The notes beneath the pieces are model-generated. The model ran no database searches, was not told where the DNA came from, and worked only from the letters and a program-made list of their open reading frames with translations. Shown in pieces: positions 39,901 to 50,100 of a DNA stretch of 64,000 nt. The number at the start of each line of letters is the position of its first letter. The stretch's first letter is position 1. Made by a program: the position numbers and the translations under genes. The DNA lies in NCBI GenBank assembly GCA_045128835.1, contig JBGVRX010000017.1:28938-92937 (forward strand). The letters are read 5' to 3'. The DNA is from Bacilli bacterium. GTDB taxonomy: Bacteria > Bacillota_I > Bacilli_A > RFN20 > DUOF01.

Positions 39901-42900
39901 ATATCATCAGTAGTAGGGGCCCCGCCATTCATACCTTTTCTTGAAATCTTACCAGCAAGAATATCAGTTTGAACGTCGTTTCTTCCTTCAATTCCATTCC
40001 ATGGTGCTTTTGCTAAAGAATTGTATTTAGTGTAGTATCTGGTCAATCCATACTCAACATATGTATTGTTAGCACCATCCAAATCTTTATTAGCCTCAAC
40101 TTGCTCTTGAGAACAGAATCCGTAATAAACATCTAAGTTTACAACAGTTCCGCCTTCGATTGTAACATCATCATCACCATTAACGCTTCCATCCATATTG
40201 TTGTCTCCACACAAGTAAACAACAGATAAGTTTGGATCGTTATACATATCAGCTTCACCATAAATCTTTTGATCGTACTTAGTATAAACATAAGCCTTTC
40301 TCTTTGTTATTGTAAACAACAATTCAGTTGGGAATGAACCTGCTTTAGTATAAGTTTGATCAACATCAACTGACGCATCATACGCTTTAGTTCCATAATA
40401 ATCTATATCATAGTTTTTACAAACAAATGTAAATCCAGTTCCAACTCCAGGCATATTGTTTGCATCACATGAGTTAACATAAGTTTCTTTCGCCTCATTC
40501 TTTGTTGCATCAACATCACCTAAAGTTAATATATAGTTTCCAACAACTTGGTCTTGATATTTTTTAGAAGCGCCACCAACAGATTGTTGAGCACTAATTG
40601 CCGCACTTACATATGCAGACATTTTAACTGAAGTTCTATTTGTTGCAGTGTCTTTTATTCTATATAAAGTACCATTATTTAATGCATGAGCCTTGATACC
40701 ATTTGAAACTGTTGTAGGTCTAAATGTATCATCACCTATTATTCCAGACACTTCATATGAATCGTTTGTTCCGTATTCATATCCGTTTCTAGCTATTTGA
40801 TAATCTTTATCCCCGCTTACAATATATTTATAACCTAAGTCATAATAATTTCCATCACCCTCGACACAATTGCTGTATCCAGTAGCATAATCATACGAAT
40901 AATTTGTAGCTGTATTGTTGAATGCGTTATATGCACAACCATACATTTTTGTTTGTCCTGCAGTAACTGTTATATTAAGTGTAGCAGGAGTAATATATAA
41001 CTTACCGTTTTTAATATCATATACAGGAGTTGCTACATCGACATCTTTCTCTTCTTCTACAGTTGTTTCCATATCGAATGAATAAACCCTGCTCTCCCCG
41101 GCAATAACATAGTTGTTAATTAATTTATTTGCAACAACAACGCAATCACCATAATCTCCTTTAACAACTTGTGTTGTACATGCATTATCAGCATTTACAA
41201 ATGGGTTGTTATTAATTGTCTTTATTGAACCTTTTGTTAAATCGTATGTTCCAACGTTATCTTGTAACCCATTAGCATCTGCCGCCAAGCTAACACTTCT
41301 ACTTCTTGTAGGTACACCATTGAAGTTTCCTGCAATGCTATCCATATCATCTAATCCATTTATATGGAATCCATAAATATTCTTATAACTGTTTTCAAAG
41401 TCAACAGAAGCATCTGTACAATATGATCCAAGCGCTAAACTATTAAGATTTGTACCAGGAGTTATAAACCATCCATCTAACAAACAACCGTTTGCGAATG
41501 TATCAAATGAATTGTATTCACTTCCAAGTCCATAACTTGCATAATACTTCTCACCATACTCTTTTGTATAACTAGTTATTTCAACTTCAACAGCTAGAGA
41601 TTTTATAGTTAACGCTCCACCCAAATATTTGAAGTTGTAGTTTTTCTTTTGTGCTTCAGCTATATCTGCATAAACATAATAAACTCCTGCAGGTATCGCG
41701 AAATCTTCGTCATCATAATAATCACTTGTTGTCGCAGAAACCGCTTCGTGCATTTTGAAGAATAATCCTATATTTGTCCAGCTATCTCCAGCTGTTAATC
41801 CATAACGGTAATCTCCAGTACATCCTGTTGAAGCCGCGTTATCTGGATCAAACTCTGCTCTTGCCATTGTTGTTTCATTTTGATAACACAAGAACAAGTA
41901 ATCTTCTGGATACAACTTATTAACATTTGTTGAATTGTAAGTATCATAGAAAGTTACATCTAAGTAGTTGTTTTTATAGAAGTTATATCTCTTACCATAG
42001 AAGACATTCCAACTAGCTGCATCACTAAGAGTTATTGTTTCTATCGCGCTATTGAATTCCATGATTACTTCTCTACGATAAATCTCAAATAATATTTTAT
42101 AAATCTTTTCTGGTTCTGCACCTGTATTAGCACAAGGAAGATCTTCATCTAGAGTCAAACAAGATTCATTGTTAGACTTATAAATGAAATCATTTGCAGG
42201 ATTTCCATTAGGATTGTTATCAATTGTATATCCTTCATTATTTGTGTAATAAGGATTATAAATTAAATTGTAGTTTTTACACACAATTGGTGTTCCAGAA
42301 ACATCTACTGTAACAAGATGTCCTGTTGCATCATAAGAACATTGTTCTCTTCCATTTGTCATAACCGCAATTGCAGATTGTGATCCAGTTAATGTTCCAG
42401 AAACAACATTCAAATCACTTGATAGAGTATAGTACAAATACCATCCCCCATCTTTTCCAGGCTCTCTTACTAGTTTAGCACTTCCAGCAGTTGAACCATA
42501 AGCAGCGTTTCTTAACAATTTGTAAGTTTCATTTGTTTTATAACCTACTAGTTGAACTCCATTGTGATATAAATACCAATTAGTTCTTTCTTCAGAGGAG
42601 TTAGCAGGAATCTTTGATGCTTCACTTCCTGTTGGAGTATCTTTTTCGTTTGGATCTGCAGCATAATAATCACCCTCAATTATATCAGCTGTATATCCAT
42701 TGAACTCAACAACTGTATCAGGTTCCGCTTCAATAGCAGGCACTCTTTTAATATTTCCATCTACCAAACCATATAGAATTATTTCCCAAGGATTTGGATC
42801 ATAGGTATTTGTAAAGTTATATTCTCTTCTTTGACCAGGTGCTGCTTGAACAACTAAGTCAATTGAATTAATAATATATTCTCCCTCTGTATAATTTATA

Positions 42901-45900
42901 ACATAGTTTGCAAACTCATTATTTCTAATATCTGTTGTTGCATTTAAAGATTTACCAGAAACTTTTTTATTTGTCGCGATGTATAAAGCTCTACTCTTAA
43001 TGTATTCTTCATTCATGATTATTATACCATCGCTATATGTATAACCTTCGTAGTTACTAGCACTAGAATTAAATGTAATACCAGAAGAAGTCATATCTAC
43101 ACAATTTTTATACATGTTATTAGGACTTTCTAGAACATTATCTCCGTTTGAAGTTCCTCTATAGTTACATATCTTGTATAATCCTACATTTTCTCCAACT
43201 TCTCTTCTTACAACCCCTAGAACAATATCTAATGTGTCGTTGTATTTCAAGTTTGAAGATTCTCCATCACCGATTTTTTCAGAATAACCATTCAAATATT
43301 TATTAGTCGCTGAATCACTATTGTAGTTTTCATAATAAGTATCTAGATCGCCATAATTTTTCTCTCCACCATTAGCCATGATATTTAAAACAATTTGTCT
43401 AATAGTAAAGTCAACACTACTTTGTGAGAACTTATCATCATCCTCTAACATTTGATTAGTAATAAGGTTATCATTTTCAGAAGGATTATTCGTATTACTA
43501 TATTTTGTATTATCTCTGTATGTTGGGTGAATCTTTACAACATAGTCAGGATCTTGATCTGTTTGATTTGAATTTAATTTTATATTTAATGTTCCTAACA
43601 ACAACCTGTATAATCCTACATAATTGTTTTCAACTCCAACACTTGTTCCTGTAACGAAGATTGGAGAAGCAAGATTTTCATTGTACCAAGAACTCTCTAG
43701 TCTACTAAGTTCTCCATAGAAATCTGATGTTTCATTTGATTGGAATAGTTTATTTTTTCCTGCATTGATTTCATCTGCTGTTTGATTTGTACAATATATT
43801 TTTGTGAAGATTGTTGGATCACTGTATGGATTATCAGAGAATCTTATTTCATAATGGTTATCCATATCAATGTAAACGCAATAATCAAATCCAGGATCTG
43901 CGCTACCATAATATTTATTAGTTGCTATTGGTTCAATAAGAACTATTTTTCTATCTACATAATAAGAAGTCAATATTGTTAATGTATTAGTACCACTTTC
44001 ACCGATTGTGTTATCGTAAATAACAAACTTCAAATCATAATAACCTGTTTTATTAGGAATAAATGTTTGAGAACTTAAATCAACCCAAACAGGTCTTCCT
44101 TCTCCATCAACTCTATCTGATAAAATAAATAGTTTTATATAAGATTGAGCTGCTGTAATATTTCCGTTTATTCTATTGAAGAAACTTAATCCATCATCCA
44201 CTGTTGCTTTATATAAGTTATCTTCAAAGTTATATGTATTTGCATCAGTTACTGTGTCATTAATATCAATATTGTAACAGTTAAGTAATGATGCCATGTT
44301 TTGAACTTTTCCAGAACCGATTTCTTGACCAATTTCCATTCTACAGTCAGTTCCAATATTACTAGCTTTCATTAATTTAGTTTGGTCAACAACCATCGTT
44401 CCGCCTTCATCAACCATATGCATTGTCAAACCAGGCGCTGTTGTATCAACTAATTTAACATACACTCTATTTTTGCCAATGTTACCTACATAATCTTCTG
44501 CGACAAATTCTATAATAAAATCTACGCCGTGGTCTATGTAATAGTTAACACATTCTAATTCTGTTTTTGAAGCATAACTTTCATAGCCTGTAATGCTAGC
44601 TATTTGTGTACATACTCTATCAATTCCATCTTTATGATAATAGTTGATTTCCTTAAATTCGAATTCTCCAGAATCTAACTTTAATCCATTTGAGTTATGT
44701 TTTGTATTTTTTAATATTGTATTAATTGAATTATCGTAGAAACTTCCGCTATATAATTTCTTAACATAATAATCAGAACCAGCTCTATCGTAAACAGAAT
44801 AATCTGAATATAAATCTTTTGTTCCATCATGATAATAAACATACTCTGACGCTCTTACTTTAGACATAACAATTGCATCTTGATTTGTGAATTCATCATC
44901 TACCGATCTTCCTTCATCTCTATTAACTGGATAATAGATTTGACTTGTTATATTTCTTGCTACTGCATCTGTTGTATCCTTAATTCTTCCATCATATTCG
45001 AAACTTCCCCCAACAGCAGTTAACTCAATACCTGTATAGTAACTATAAGTTTCAACACTGAATGTTTTTAAGTAATCTCCAGAAACATTTGTTTCCTCAT
45101 CATGTTCGAATACAATTTCAGGAGCCGCTTTATCTATCGCATAAACTTCAACTCTTGGATTTCTATATTCTTCTTCAAGTCTATCGCCATCTGTTCCCCA
45201 AGAGTTATTTCCGTAAATATCTTCTATATAAAATCTGTATCTTCCATTAACACCTATATACATTGCTAAAACATTATTTTCAAATGAATAATATCCTGAG
45301 CCATCTTCTTTATTTATTTTATTTGGATCGAATATTTCGGCGTCTGTACAATATTCTGTTGTTTTACAATAAACGTTTTTCATTGAACCAGATACTGCAT
45401 AATTTTCACTTGCGTAATCTTTAGAAGGTAGGTCGCCTTCTTGGTACGCATCTCTATCATATCCACCAGTGCCTATTACAACATCTACTCTCCAATACTT
45501 AACTTTCTTAACATCATCTTGAGTAAGGCTTATGATTTTTGTACACATTGTTACATCCATACATACACCGAACTCAAAGTGTGTCTCTACTGTCATAGTT
45601 AGTTCAACTTTAACACTTTCATTTGTAAATGTTTCGTTTGCTCCATATCCATCAGTATCAGCATTACCTTTTTTAACCTCTGTGATAATTGCTCTGTTCT
45701 TTACGTTAGTTACATCTTGAGTTATTTCTTTTACATTTCCAAAAATATCTTTTATGTAATAAGTGAATGCACCAACTGAATCTACCTTTGTTAAAATATA
45801 ATCAACTTCATTAAACATTGCATCTAAATATAATGTGTAGTTTGAATTGCCTGTTGTAATGAACTCTACTGTTTTACCTTGAGAATCAACACCTGACATT

Positions 45901-46877
45901 GAAAATTCTGTATACATATATTTTCTTTGTGCATTTTCTTTATCTACTGCCGGAGTAACTTCACCACTTGCTGTTTCATTGAAGTAGTTTATTCCATATA
46001 TTGTACTTCCTGCTTTTACTTGAGCTTCATTCGCAACAATTTCTGTTCCTACAGTGTTATCAAACACCCATGTTAGAGGAATAACATTAAACTTATAAGC
46101 AACACTAGTTGGAATATAAATTTTTAATTCTCTAGAAATTCTTGATGTATCTGCATCGGCATCATATCCTATACAAATTTCTGTTGTACTTTTTGATGTA
46201 CAGTTAGTAGCACTTTGTTCTACCATATCAATTGGTCTAGATACAACATAATAAACATCATGATATCCAGAAGGATTTGTCTCAATTGTATTTGCGTTAT
46301 AGAAATACATTCTTAGGAACTTCATTCCAAACGATCCTTTTCTTAATCTGTACACGATTTCAACATTTATCGTTCCATCATCTTCTTCAGAGAAAAGCAC
46401 ACTTCCTGTAATTCCATTTTTTGTTATATTCTTTTCACTAGCAACCCATTCCCAAATTGTATTGCCATCTCCATCAGTTCCTAACACCTTGCTGTATCTA
46501 TCAGCATCGGCAGTTGAACTTGAGTCTGTTTTCTCACTTTCAACTATCATGAATGATGTAGCGTCACTTGGGAAGTTGCTAACATTAAACATGATTGCAA
46601 CCTCATCATCATCACCATTGGCTTGGATGAATGTTAATTTATCAGAACCACTCGACAAATCAACTTTTATAAAATTCTCCGTTGACTCATCTATAGTTCC
46701 ATCACCATTCTTGTCAAACTTAGTGCCCACTATCTCTGTTTCTATAGCATTAATTTTAACTGTTTGCATAAACAAAAACATGAATGCCAATATTAAAACA
46801 AAGCCAAAGAAAAACATTTTGGCCTTAGACTTTTCGCACTCGTTTATTTTATTCATAAAAGAACTTTTATATTTCAT
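33969..46877 (-). CDS. Giant surface protein 2 (4302 aa): signal peptide, long array of MBG(YGX)-like and Ig-like modules, one BNR/Asp-box, C-terminal DUF5011-like Ig domain and TM anchor plus basic tail
   Basis: 12.9-kb ORF. Start moved to MKYKSSF (ATG at 46875–46877) behind a perfect GGGAGGAGTG-N5 RBS; the track's 35-aa N-terminal extension is not followed. Signal peptide …MFFFGFVLILAFMFLFMQTVKINA. Many K-x-YG-x-xD modules. SRDGGITW Asp-box at about 35505–35530. C-terminal SYIIVLIGLLLTSLGACWFSLINKRKN. Confidence 0.85.
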   Translation of the reverse strand: MKYKSSFMNKINECEKSKAKMFFFGFVLILAFMFLFMQTVKINAIETEIVGTKFDKNGDGTIDESTENFIKVDLSSGSDKLTFIQANGDDDEVAIMFNVSNFPSDATSFMIVESEKTDSSSTADADRYSKVLGTDGDGNTIWEWVASEKNITKNGITGSVLFSEEDDGTINVEIVYRLRKGSFGMKFLRMYFYNANTIETNPSGYHDVYYVVSRPIDMVEQSATNCTSKSTTEICIGYDADADTSRISRELKIYIPTSVAYKFNVIPLTWVFDNTVGTEIVANEAQVKAGSTIYGINYFNETASGEVTPAVDKENAQRKYMYTEFSMSGVDSQGKTVEFITTGNSNYTLYLDAMFNEVDYILTKVDSVGAFTYYIKDIFGNVKEITQDVTNVKNRAIITEVKKGNADTDGYGANETFTNESVKVELTMTVETHFEFGVCMDVTMCTKIISLTQDDVKKVKYWRVDVVIGTGGYDRDAYQEGDLPSKDYASENYAVSGSMKNVYCKTTEYCTDAEIFDPNKINKEDGSGYYSFENNVLAMYIGVNGRYRFYIEDIYGNNSWGTDGDRLEEEYRNPRVEVYAIDKAAPEIVFEHDEETNVSGDYLKTFSVETYSYYTGIELTAVGGSFEYDGRIKDTTDAVARNITSQIYYPVNRDEGRSVDDEFTNQDAIVMSKVRASEYVYYHDGTKDLYSDYSVYDRAGSDYYVKKLYSGSFYDNSINTILKNTKHNSNGLKLDSGEFEFKEINYYHKDGIDRVCTQIASITGYESYASKTELECVNYYIDHGVDFIIEFVAEDYVGNIGKNRVYVKLVDTTAPGLTMHMVDEGGTMVVDQTKLMKASNIGTDCRMEIGQEIGSGKVQNMASLLNCYNIDINDTVTDANTYNFEDNLYKATVDDGLSFFNRINGNITAAQSYIKLFILSDRVDGEGRPVWVDLSSQTFIPNKTGYYDLKFVIYDNTIGESGTNTLTILTSYYVDRKIVLIEPIATNKYYGSADPGFDYCVYIDMDNHYEIRFSDNPYSDPTIFTKIYCTNQTADEINAGKNKLFQSNETSDFYGELSRLESSWYNENLASPIFVTGTSVGVENNYVGLYRLLLGTLNIKLNSNQTDQDPDYVVKIHPTYRDNTKYSNTNNPSENDNLITNQMLEDDDKFSQSSVDFTIRQIVLNIMANGGEKNYGDLDTYYENYNSDSATNKYLNGYSEKIGDGESSNLKYNDTLDIVLGVVRREVGENVGLYKICNYRGTSNGDNVLESPNNMYKNCVDMTSSGITFNSSASNYEGYTYSDGIIIMNEEYIKSRALYIATNKKVSGKSLNATTDIRNNEFANYVINYTEGEYIINSIDLVVQAAPGQRREYNFTNTYDPNPWEIILYGLVDGNIKRVPAIEAEPDTVVEFNGYTADIIEGDYYAADPNEKDTPTGSEASKIPANSSEERTNWYLYHNGVQLVGYKTNETYKLLRNAAYGSTAGSAKLVREPGKDGGWYLYYTLSSDLNVVSGTLTGSQSAIAVMTNGREQCSYDATGHLVTVDVSGTPIVCKNYNLIYNPYYTNNEGYTIDNNPNGNPANDFIYKSNNESCLTLDEDLPCANTGAEPEKIYKILFEIYRREVIMEFNSAIETITLSDAASWNVFYGKRYNFYKNNYLDVTFYDTYNSTNVNKLYPEDYLFLCYQNETTMARAEFDPDNAASTGCTGDYRYGLTAGDSWTNIGLFFKMHEAVSATTSDYYDDEDFAIPAGVYYVYADIAEAQKKNYNFKYLGGALTIKSLAVEVEITSYTKEYGEKYYASYGLGSEYNSFDTFANGCLLDGWFITPGTNLNSLALGSYCTDASVDFENSYKNIYGFHINGLDDMDSIAGNFNGVPTRSRSVSLAADANGLQDNVGTYDLTKGSIKTINNNPFVNADNACTTQVVKGDYGDCVVVANKLINNYVIAGESRVYSFDMETTVEEEKDVDVATPVYDIKNGKLYITPATLNITVTAGQTKMYGCAYNAFNNTATNYSYDYATGYSNCVEGDGNYYDLGYKYIVSGDKDYQIARNGYEYGTNDSYEVSGIIGDDTFRPTTVSNGIKAHALNNGTLYRIKDTATNRTSVKMSAYVSAAISAQQSVGGASKKYQDQVVGNYILTLGDVDATKNEAKETYVNSCDANNMPGVGTGFTFVCKNYDIDYYGTKAYDASVDVDQTYTKAGSFPTELLFTITKRKAYVYTKYDQKIYGEADMYNDPNLSVVYLCGDNNMDGSVNGDDDVTIEGGTVVNLDVYYGFCSQEQVEANKDLDGANNTYVEYGLTRYYTKYNSLAKAPWNGIEGRNDVQTDILAGKISRKGMNGGAPTTDDIKGLYEYVYENPDFYGTVHLIGSFAEDNDKYASTYGYDNYLVNYYEDGLAVNEDGETEEDDVDLTPIKYEIVLRQIKIAFVSFDKTYGEKDAVENYNILVCAPSEDFDFENMKCINKDPNDKHGLSATHISRYTTSGILNQELFKEEFVVRFMRVLGENVSCGTSTNVTVNLTGYFYGSSDEVDAEGLTYTKVLKCNTTAVEGKSVYETLAYIEQAYNTVPGFNYKVNYQIGHVNIVPRPILITPDSGQGFMYGDYHGTLIPTITYTDSLVRTPGDGLIQTYGLVHDTTAGSAAGVCLNNINYYNNGTINGVDVGTCFYINDRIDEYSADSNMTTSAYNAGAVSSNTGLANVNIKHYVFGDVYETESSVRSALDRKILSTENTRYNRNVGVYEITIGDLADKTGNYVLTFAEGVTYEIKAAKVTITPDSVSVEDNVTDTTQTGQYKVYGEKDKELTFQVVTTYTVSKSYYSIKDSNIIKVVSAGNVTKTLVQLDSFDYDASTKTFIKNDAGTGNYIYLVEGDVVYISGFAYGENNGTIRNYGKAESGLKANVEELVNQGSVIGSLYFDTVCKDATEGCNADRTLSYGETSRILLGYLYVDGWSQAAGVYNIVNGIKVAVNEWNVNNYGLEFVEGIKFTIIPRPVGVQIENVVKTYGQTTDVVSCEFIDGAMLSPCVNEAGILMTGNTLLRNNFSVEYFEGMTKLESILNNYSFEGETYNNSKLYSQNSKFANGLVPEDQKAYSVYGVAENKNTEQLGVYVSRDERNTANASCLYAGDTYGFCEDAGTYYLRLYGYLNTTDSITANNYQSAYRPEAPASSHYTGPASGVEKYYYDTYFGYNPNYFVIVLDNDADETAVTSDSLFTTSHASTSRTKDATNPYEYDNMLKATGTLTINKKSVALYVNTSYFTEGLEIYYVGQNTNAPSLPTINNTIDLDYNLFNGIGYPAGDREAAVYGVDSYGKIIWGTHPNQVRRGDKLAGELAYCNTIISADAYDTLRSDGLLNDYVCADLVYNEHKDTVNTNLIGYVPIVRNSTKLSIVSESKTDADKDYEDSNYAVIFYPGALRIEEDDVKPIVEVNRKDVYLEANAIGTYMYECVGEQSTTTYVNCGSGISIVGKTENTEGDPILDWLNETTNYEAVIKVDLPLISECETNEHDCTSTAFFELEYGKGNSEFATSGGILPATENDFVYPFTMQKDEYIKNAGPNNLKEFIITLVNWFGVTAYDQGEIRNGEALDKKFDKYWYIVIEKQGTNGEFDISRVGNYNVHFYVMDNAGNVSNGNMYEVVDEKDVLQTTYKNVGTLHIVDTTNPIVGTVNLYNGRVKCTVPDCTKEENWIVAENTYVPVNVLLRYDSEGNAVGNGAYVDIGAATLANLSTLTKYSRVADAALGYTYTEDAAQGKYIMIPAGNNARALKHYSWSNSTSGIYLTITGGSDNSYTEELFPTKNTKDHSQWNHYYSRDGGITWFLYDRAKGESYLALDSEGSREILIKAVDSGVDITSATSVTVSYVDKYYGDGQASNTTSTMTTYNIVDTSQYDKDLADFELLTLEEQKLRDADRNTALANIGWNVSEASENDATKAEAISQLIYGMPAEGEIGVASQYKYYKDKRTAYLDRTSPIINFGRDNGEKLYVYEYGCRTAGICDTGYTEYYAGAADSYPENYESSEIKSSTFDKNHSILVNHYLFESTKNEAGTLYQESYADVSQEKPGVKQDIGGLGSDPYAMNGGIAGLDIRNVYSEERRYIIYSFDKDNTKQTYDLSASIPTSIDSTVGEDSIYAIIKKDPSAYLSTGDYTYTIIYSVFDKAGNESVYIARGVIYASLIPQIEIANASLPIDVVEPNSYSLTVEQGEDVANIVNNLAVTAGDKNHFLTQTVYYNGELVVDNKKYNANIWDEFTTSVPGVYEITYTLQYMFHGSDGQSELIEAEPVKLTIVVEATPPIVEMSGQPNSSYIIVLIGLLLTSLGACWFSLINKRKN

Positions 46878-47104
46878 ATAAACACTCCTCCCTAAGGGTA
46901 CAATCATAGACAATAACATTTTATAACAAAAGTCTCTTGCAACCAATGTTTTACGGCTTTTTTTGTCGTATTTTGTGTACAATATTTCTGTTTTTTTACA
47001 AATAGCATAAATTTCGCCATTTTTATAAACTTTTATATTATTATATAATAATATAAAATTATTGATTTAACCAAAATAATAAAAACAGCAAAAAATTACC
47101 AACA

Positions 47105-47181
47105 ACAAAAAAAGAGACATATAACGTCTCTTTTCATTTAAATAAAAAAGCTAGAAGGATTTCTCCAATCTAGCTTTTATT
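47105..47181 (-). terminator. Tandem pair of bidirectional-looking hairpin terminators after giant gene 3 (AGAGAC-N7-GTCTCT and AAGCTAGA…TCTAGCTT)
   Basis: At about 47112–47130 and about 47149–47177. Each is flanked by an A-run on one side and a T-run on the other. They lie immediately 3' of the stop at 47183. Confidence 0.6.
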
Positions 47182-47182
47182 T

Positions 47183-50100
47183 TTAACGTTGCTTTTGTCT
47201 TCTTTTTAATTCAACAAATAACATTGCTAAACCAACAGTTATAACAGATCCTGATACCAGAATAATGTTAATGTAATTTATATTGTTTGTTGAAACAATT
47301 GCTACATCTGGTTTTACAGTAACTGTTAATTCAACAGAGTTTCCTACAACATATGCCATTCCATCTTTTCTTTCGATACTGTACACAATTCTGTATACAC
47401 CTGGAACTGTAGTATCTAAATCTTCAAACATTGATAAATCATATGCTTTTCTTGAAGATACTAAAATACCATTGTAGTAAACAGTTTGTAAAATACGTTC
47501 ATTATTTCTCAAACTCTTTCCAGTTGTTGTTGTAATTTCAAAGTCACTTAAGGCACTTGCAACATTTGTGTTTTGTCCAACATCAATTGCATATGACATT
47601 AAAGCAACTCCTGTAGGATTAGCCACACCGATTGTTCTTGTGAATCCACTGAACAATATACCTTTTCTTTCATAAACAGATACGTTACCAGCAATATCAT
47701 ATACTCTGTAGTCTAAAGTAAATGTTAATTCATTTCCTTTGAAGTTGTATCTATTTTCTGGATTTCCAGCACTAGTTTCAGCATAAACAGATAACAAGCT
47801 ATTCATAGCCTCTCTAGTGTTTGTAAATGTTAATGTACTAACTGAGTAGTTAGAAGAACCTTCACTACACCAAGTGAACTCTGTAGGAACAGTACTTGAT
47901 AAGTAACATCCATATACCTTATAACCAGAATCAGAATCTGAATAAGATATAACGAACTTATAGTAACCTTGTTGAGAGTAGTAAGGATTTCCTTCTACAG
48001 CTCCAGTACCACCTCTAATATCAGCATATACGAAGATATTAGTATACTTATCTGCGATTTGTGCATCAGATACTGTCGCACCATCAATTGTAACTCCGAA
48101 TGTTCTTTCTTCATTTCCTACACCAGAGAATAAATCTGCACCAATAGGATTGCTACTAGCATCATACAATATATCACCTAAACCAACACCACTTTGCAGT
48201 TTGTTAGTGTTATTTTGTAGTTTTTCAGCAACTTCTTCACTTCCAGTTACAGATGTTGCAACTGTAAATGTAGCTTGTGCTTTAGTATATTGGTTATAAA
48301 CATTTATATCTCCAGCAATTCTATCTGCAACCTTTTCACTAATTAATGTATCAATTGCAGTAACGCTATCAGTCTTACCTAGATAGATATAAGCTCCACT
48401 GTTAGATTGAGTAATAACCTTAGTTGTTGGATCTATATTAAATCTTCTTAATGATTCAACCAAGATTAACTCATTTCCAACTCTAACGTAATCTCCACCA
48501 TCAGTAACTTGACCAGCATTGTTATACTTAATCAACTTATCTAATTTGAATAAATATCCATCTATCGCAGTACCAAACATTTCTACGTGATTTACACTAC
48601 ACTTACTAATATCCGCACAACCATATTCAAATACTTCAATGAATTGATCAGATAATGTTGTATTTGGAATTATAGTATCTAAATAAGCATATTTTCTATC
48701 TCTATTGCCATCATCACTATAATCTTCCCAAGCAGAAATATTATATTTCCATACCTTGCTTCCAGCATATTCTTTATAGCTGATAGCTGTGCCAGAATCA
48801 TCTTTTATAGTAACTCCACCAACAGCTATATTATTCCATATTTGGCAAGTCATATTTCCAACTGTTTTACAATATGCATCTATTACATGGTCCTTATCTA
48901 CTTCTGCTTCAGCAAATGTATATCCATTGTCTATAGCCTTAATCATAATCAAACGTTGACCATCTTGACCTAACGCTAAGTATCCTGATGTTGTATCTCT
49001 ATCGTATTTAATCCAAGAATTTCCACCATCTCTTGAATAGTAATGGTTCCATTGTTGGAAGTTAACGTAAGTTCCTGTGCTATCGTGTTGTCCACTTGCA
49101 TTATATTTTTCAGATGGAATTTCATACATATCACCATCTCTTAAGTAATATGTTGTTCCTTCTGGAATTGTTTCTGGCATTGAAGATGCTTCAGTATACG
49201 TAGTTCCTGTGTGTGAGTATAATTTAACAGCATGCTCTGCACTAGGTGTACCATCAATATAACTTCCACTTCTCAAGTCAAAATAATATCCTTTATATCT
49301 AATTATTGTTCCAGTCTTGTCTGGAAGATATACGATACTTTCTGCATCATCTATATCATCAACTTCATCACCATTTACATCTAATCCAACAGCTCTATAC
49401 TTAGTAAGATTTGCAACATTTACAAAACTTCCTAGTAACAAGTGTGTTCCTGATGCGCTTGTAGTGATTGTAGTTCCAGCAACATTGTATTTAGTATATC
49501 CAGATGTATCTAAGTATGCTAAAGAGTTATCATCACCGCCTGTTATAGTCATGTAAATTCCAGCACTTGTATTAGACCATCCTGTGTGTTTAACAGCCTT
49601 AGCAGATGTTCCGGCTGTTATCTTGTAATATGTACCAAAATATTGATTTGGAGTATATGTAGATACATACACACCACCAACAAGTGTTTTTCCTGAGAAT
49701 GAATACTTGTTAGCTTTATCCGCTGCTTTCATGTTATCTAAGTTTTCTTTAGTCAATGTGTTAATTGGTAGATATACATCTTCTGCAACTACCCAGTTAT
49801 CTTCAACACCACAATTAGTTGCAGATATACAACTAACTTTAGCATTATATAGATTTAATGTGCCTACTGTAGGAGCAGTTTCATCAACTAATCTTAAAGT
49901 AACCATACTTGCTAAACTGATGTTTCCTGAATCATCTTGAACATATATAAAGATTGAGTAATCCCCAACTTTCTTTTGGTTGAAGTCTCCTTGAATTGCC
50001 ATATACCATCTTGGATGATAACGTTTACCACTTGGGTTACCCGCTCTCATAATTCCAGGATCAAATGAGCTTAAACCGAACCATTGAAGTATTGTCTTCA

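Noticed and set aside
46878-46982. 35-aa N-terminal extension of giant protein 2 in the ORF track (MYTKYDKK…RSVY)
   Set aside because: No RBS precedes it and it has no signal-peptide character. The internal ATG at 46877 has a textbook GGGAGGAG RBS and is followed by a canonical signal peptide.
47030-47055. AT-only palindrome ATATTATT-ATAT-AATAATAT upstream of giant gene 2
   Set aside because: In 30%-GC intergenic DNA such AT palindromes arise readily by chance. It is noted in the leader-region finding but not called as a binding site.
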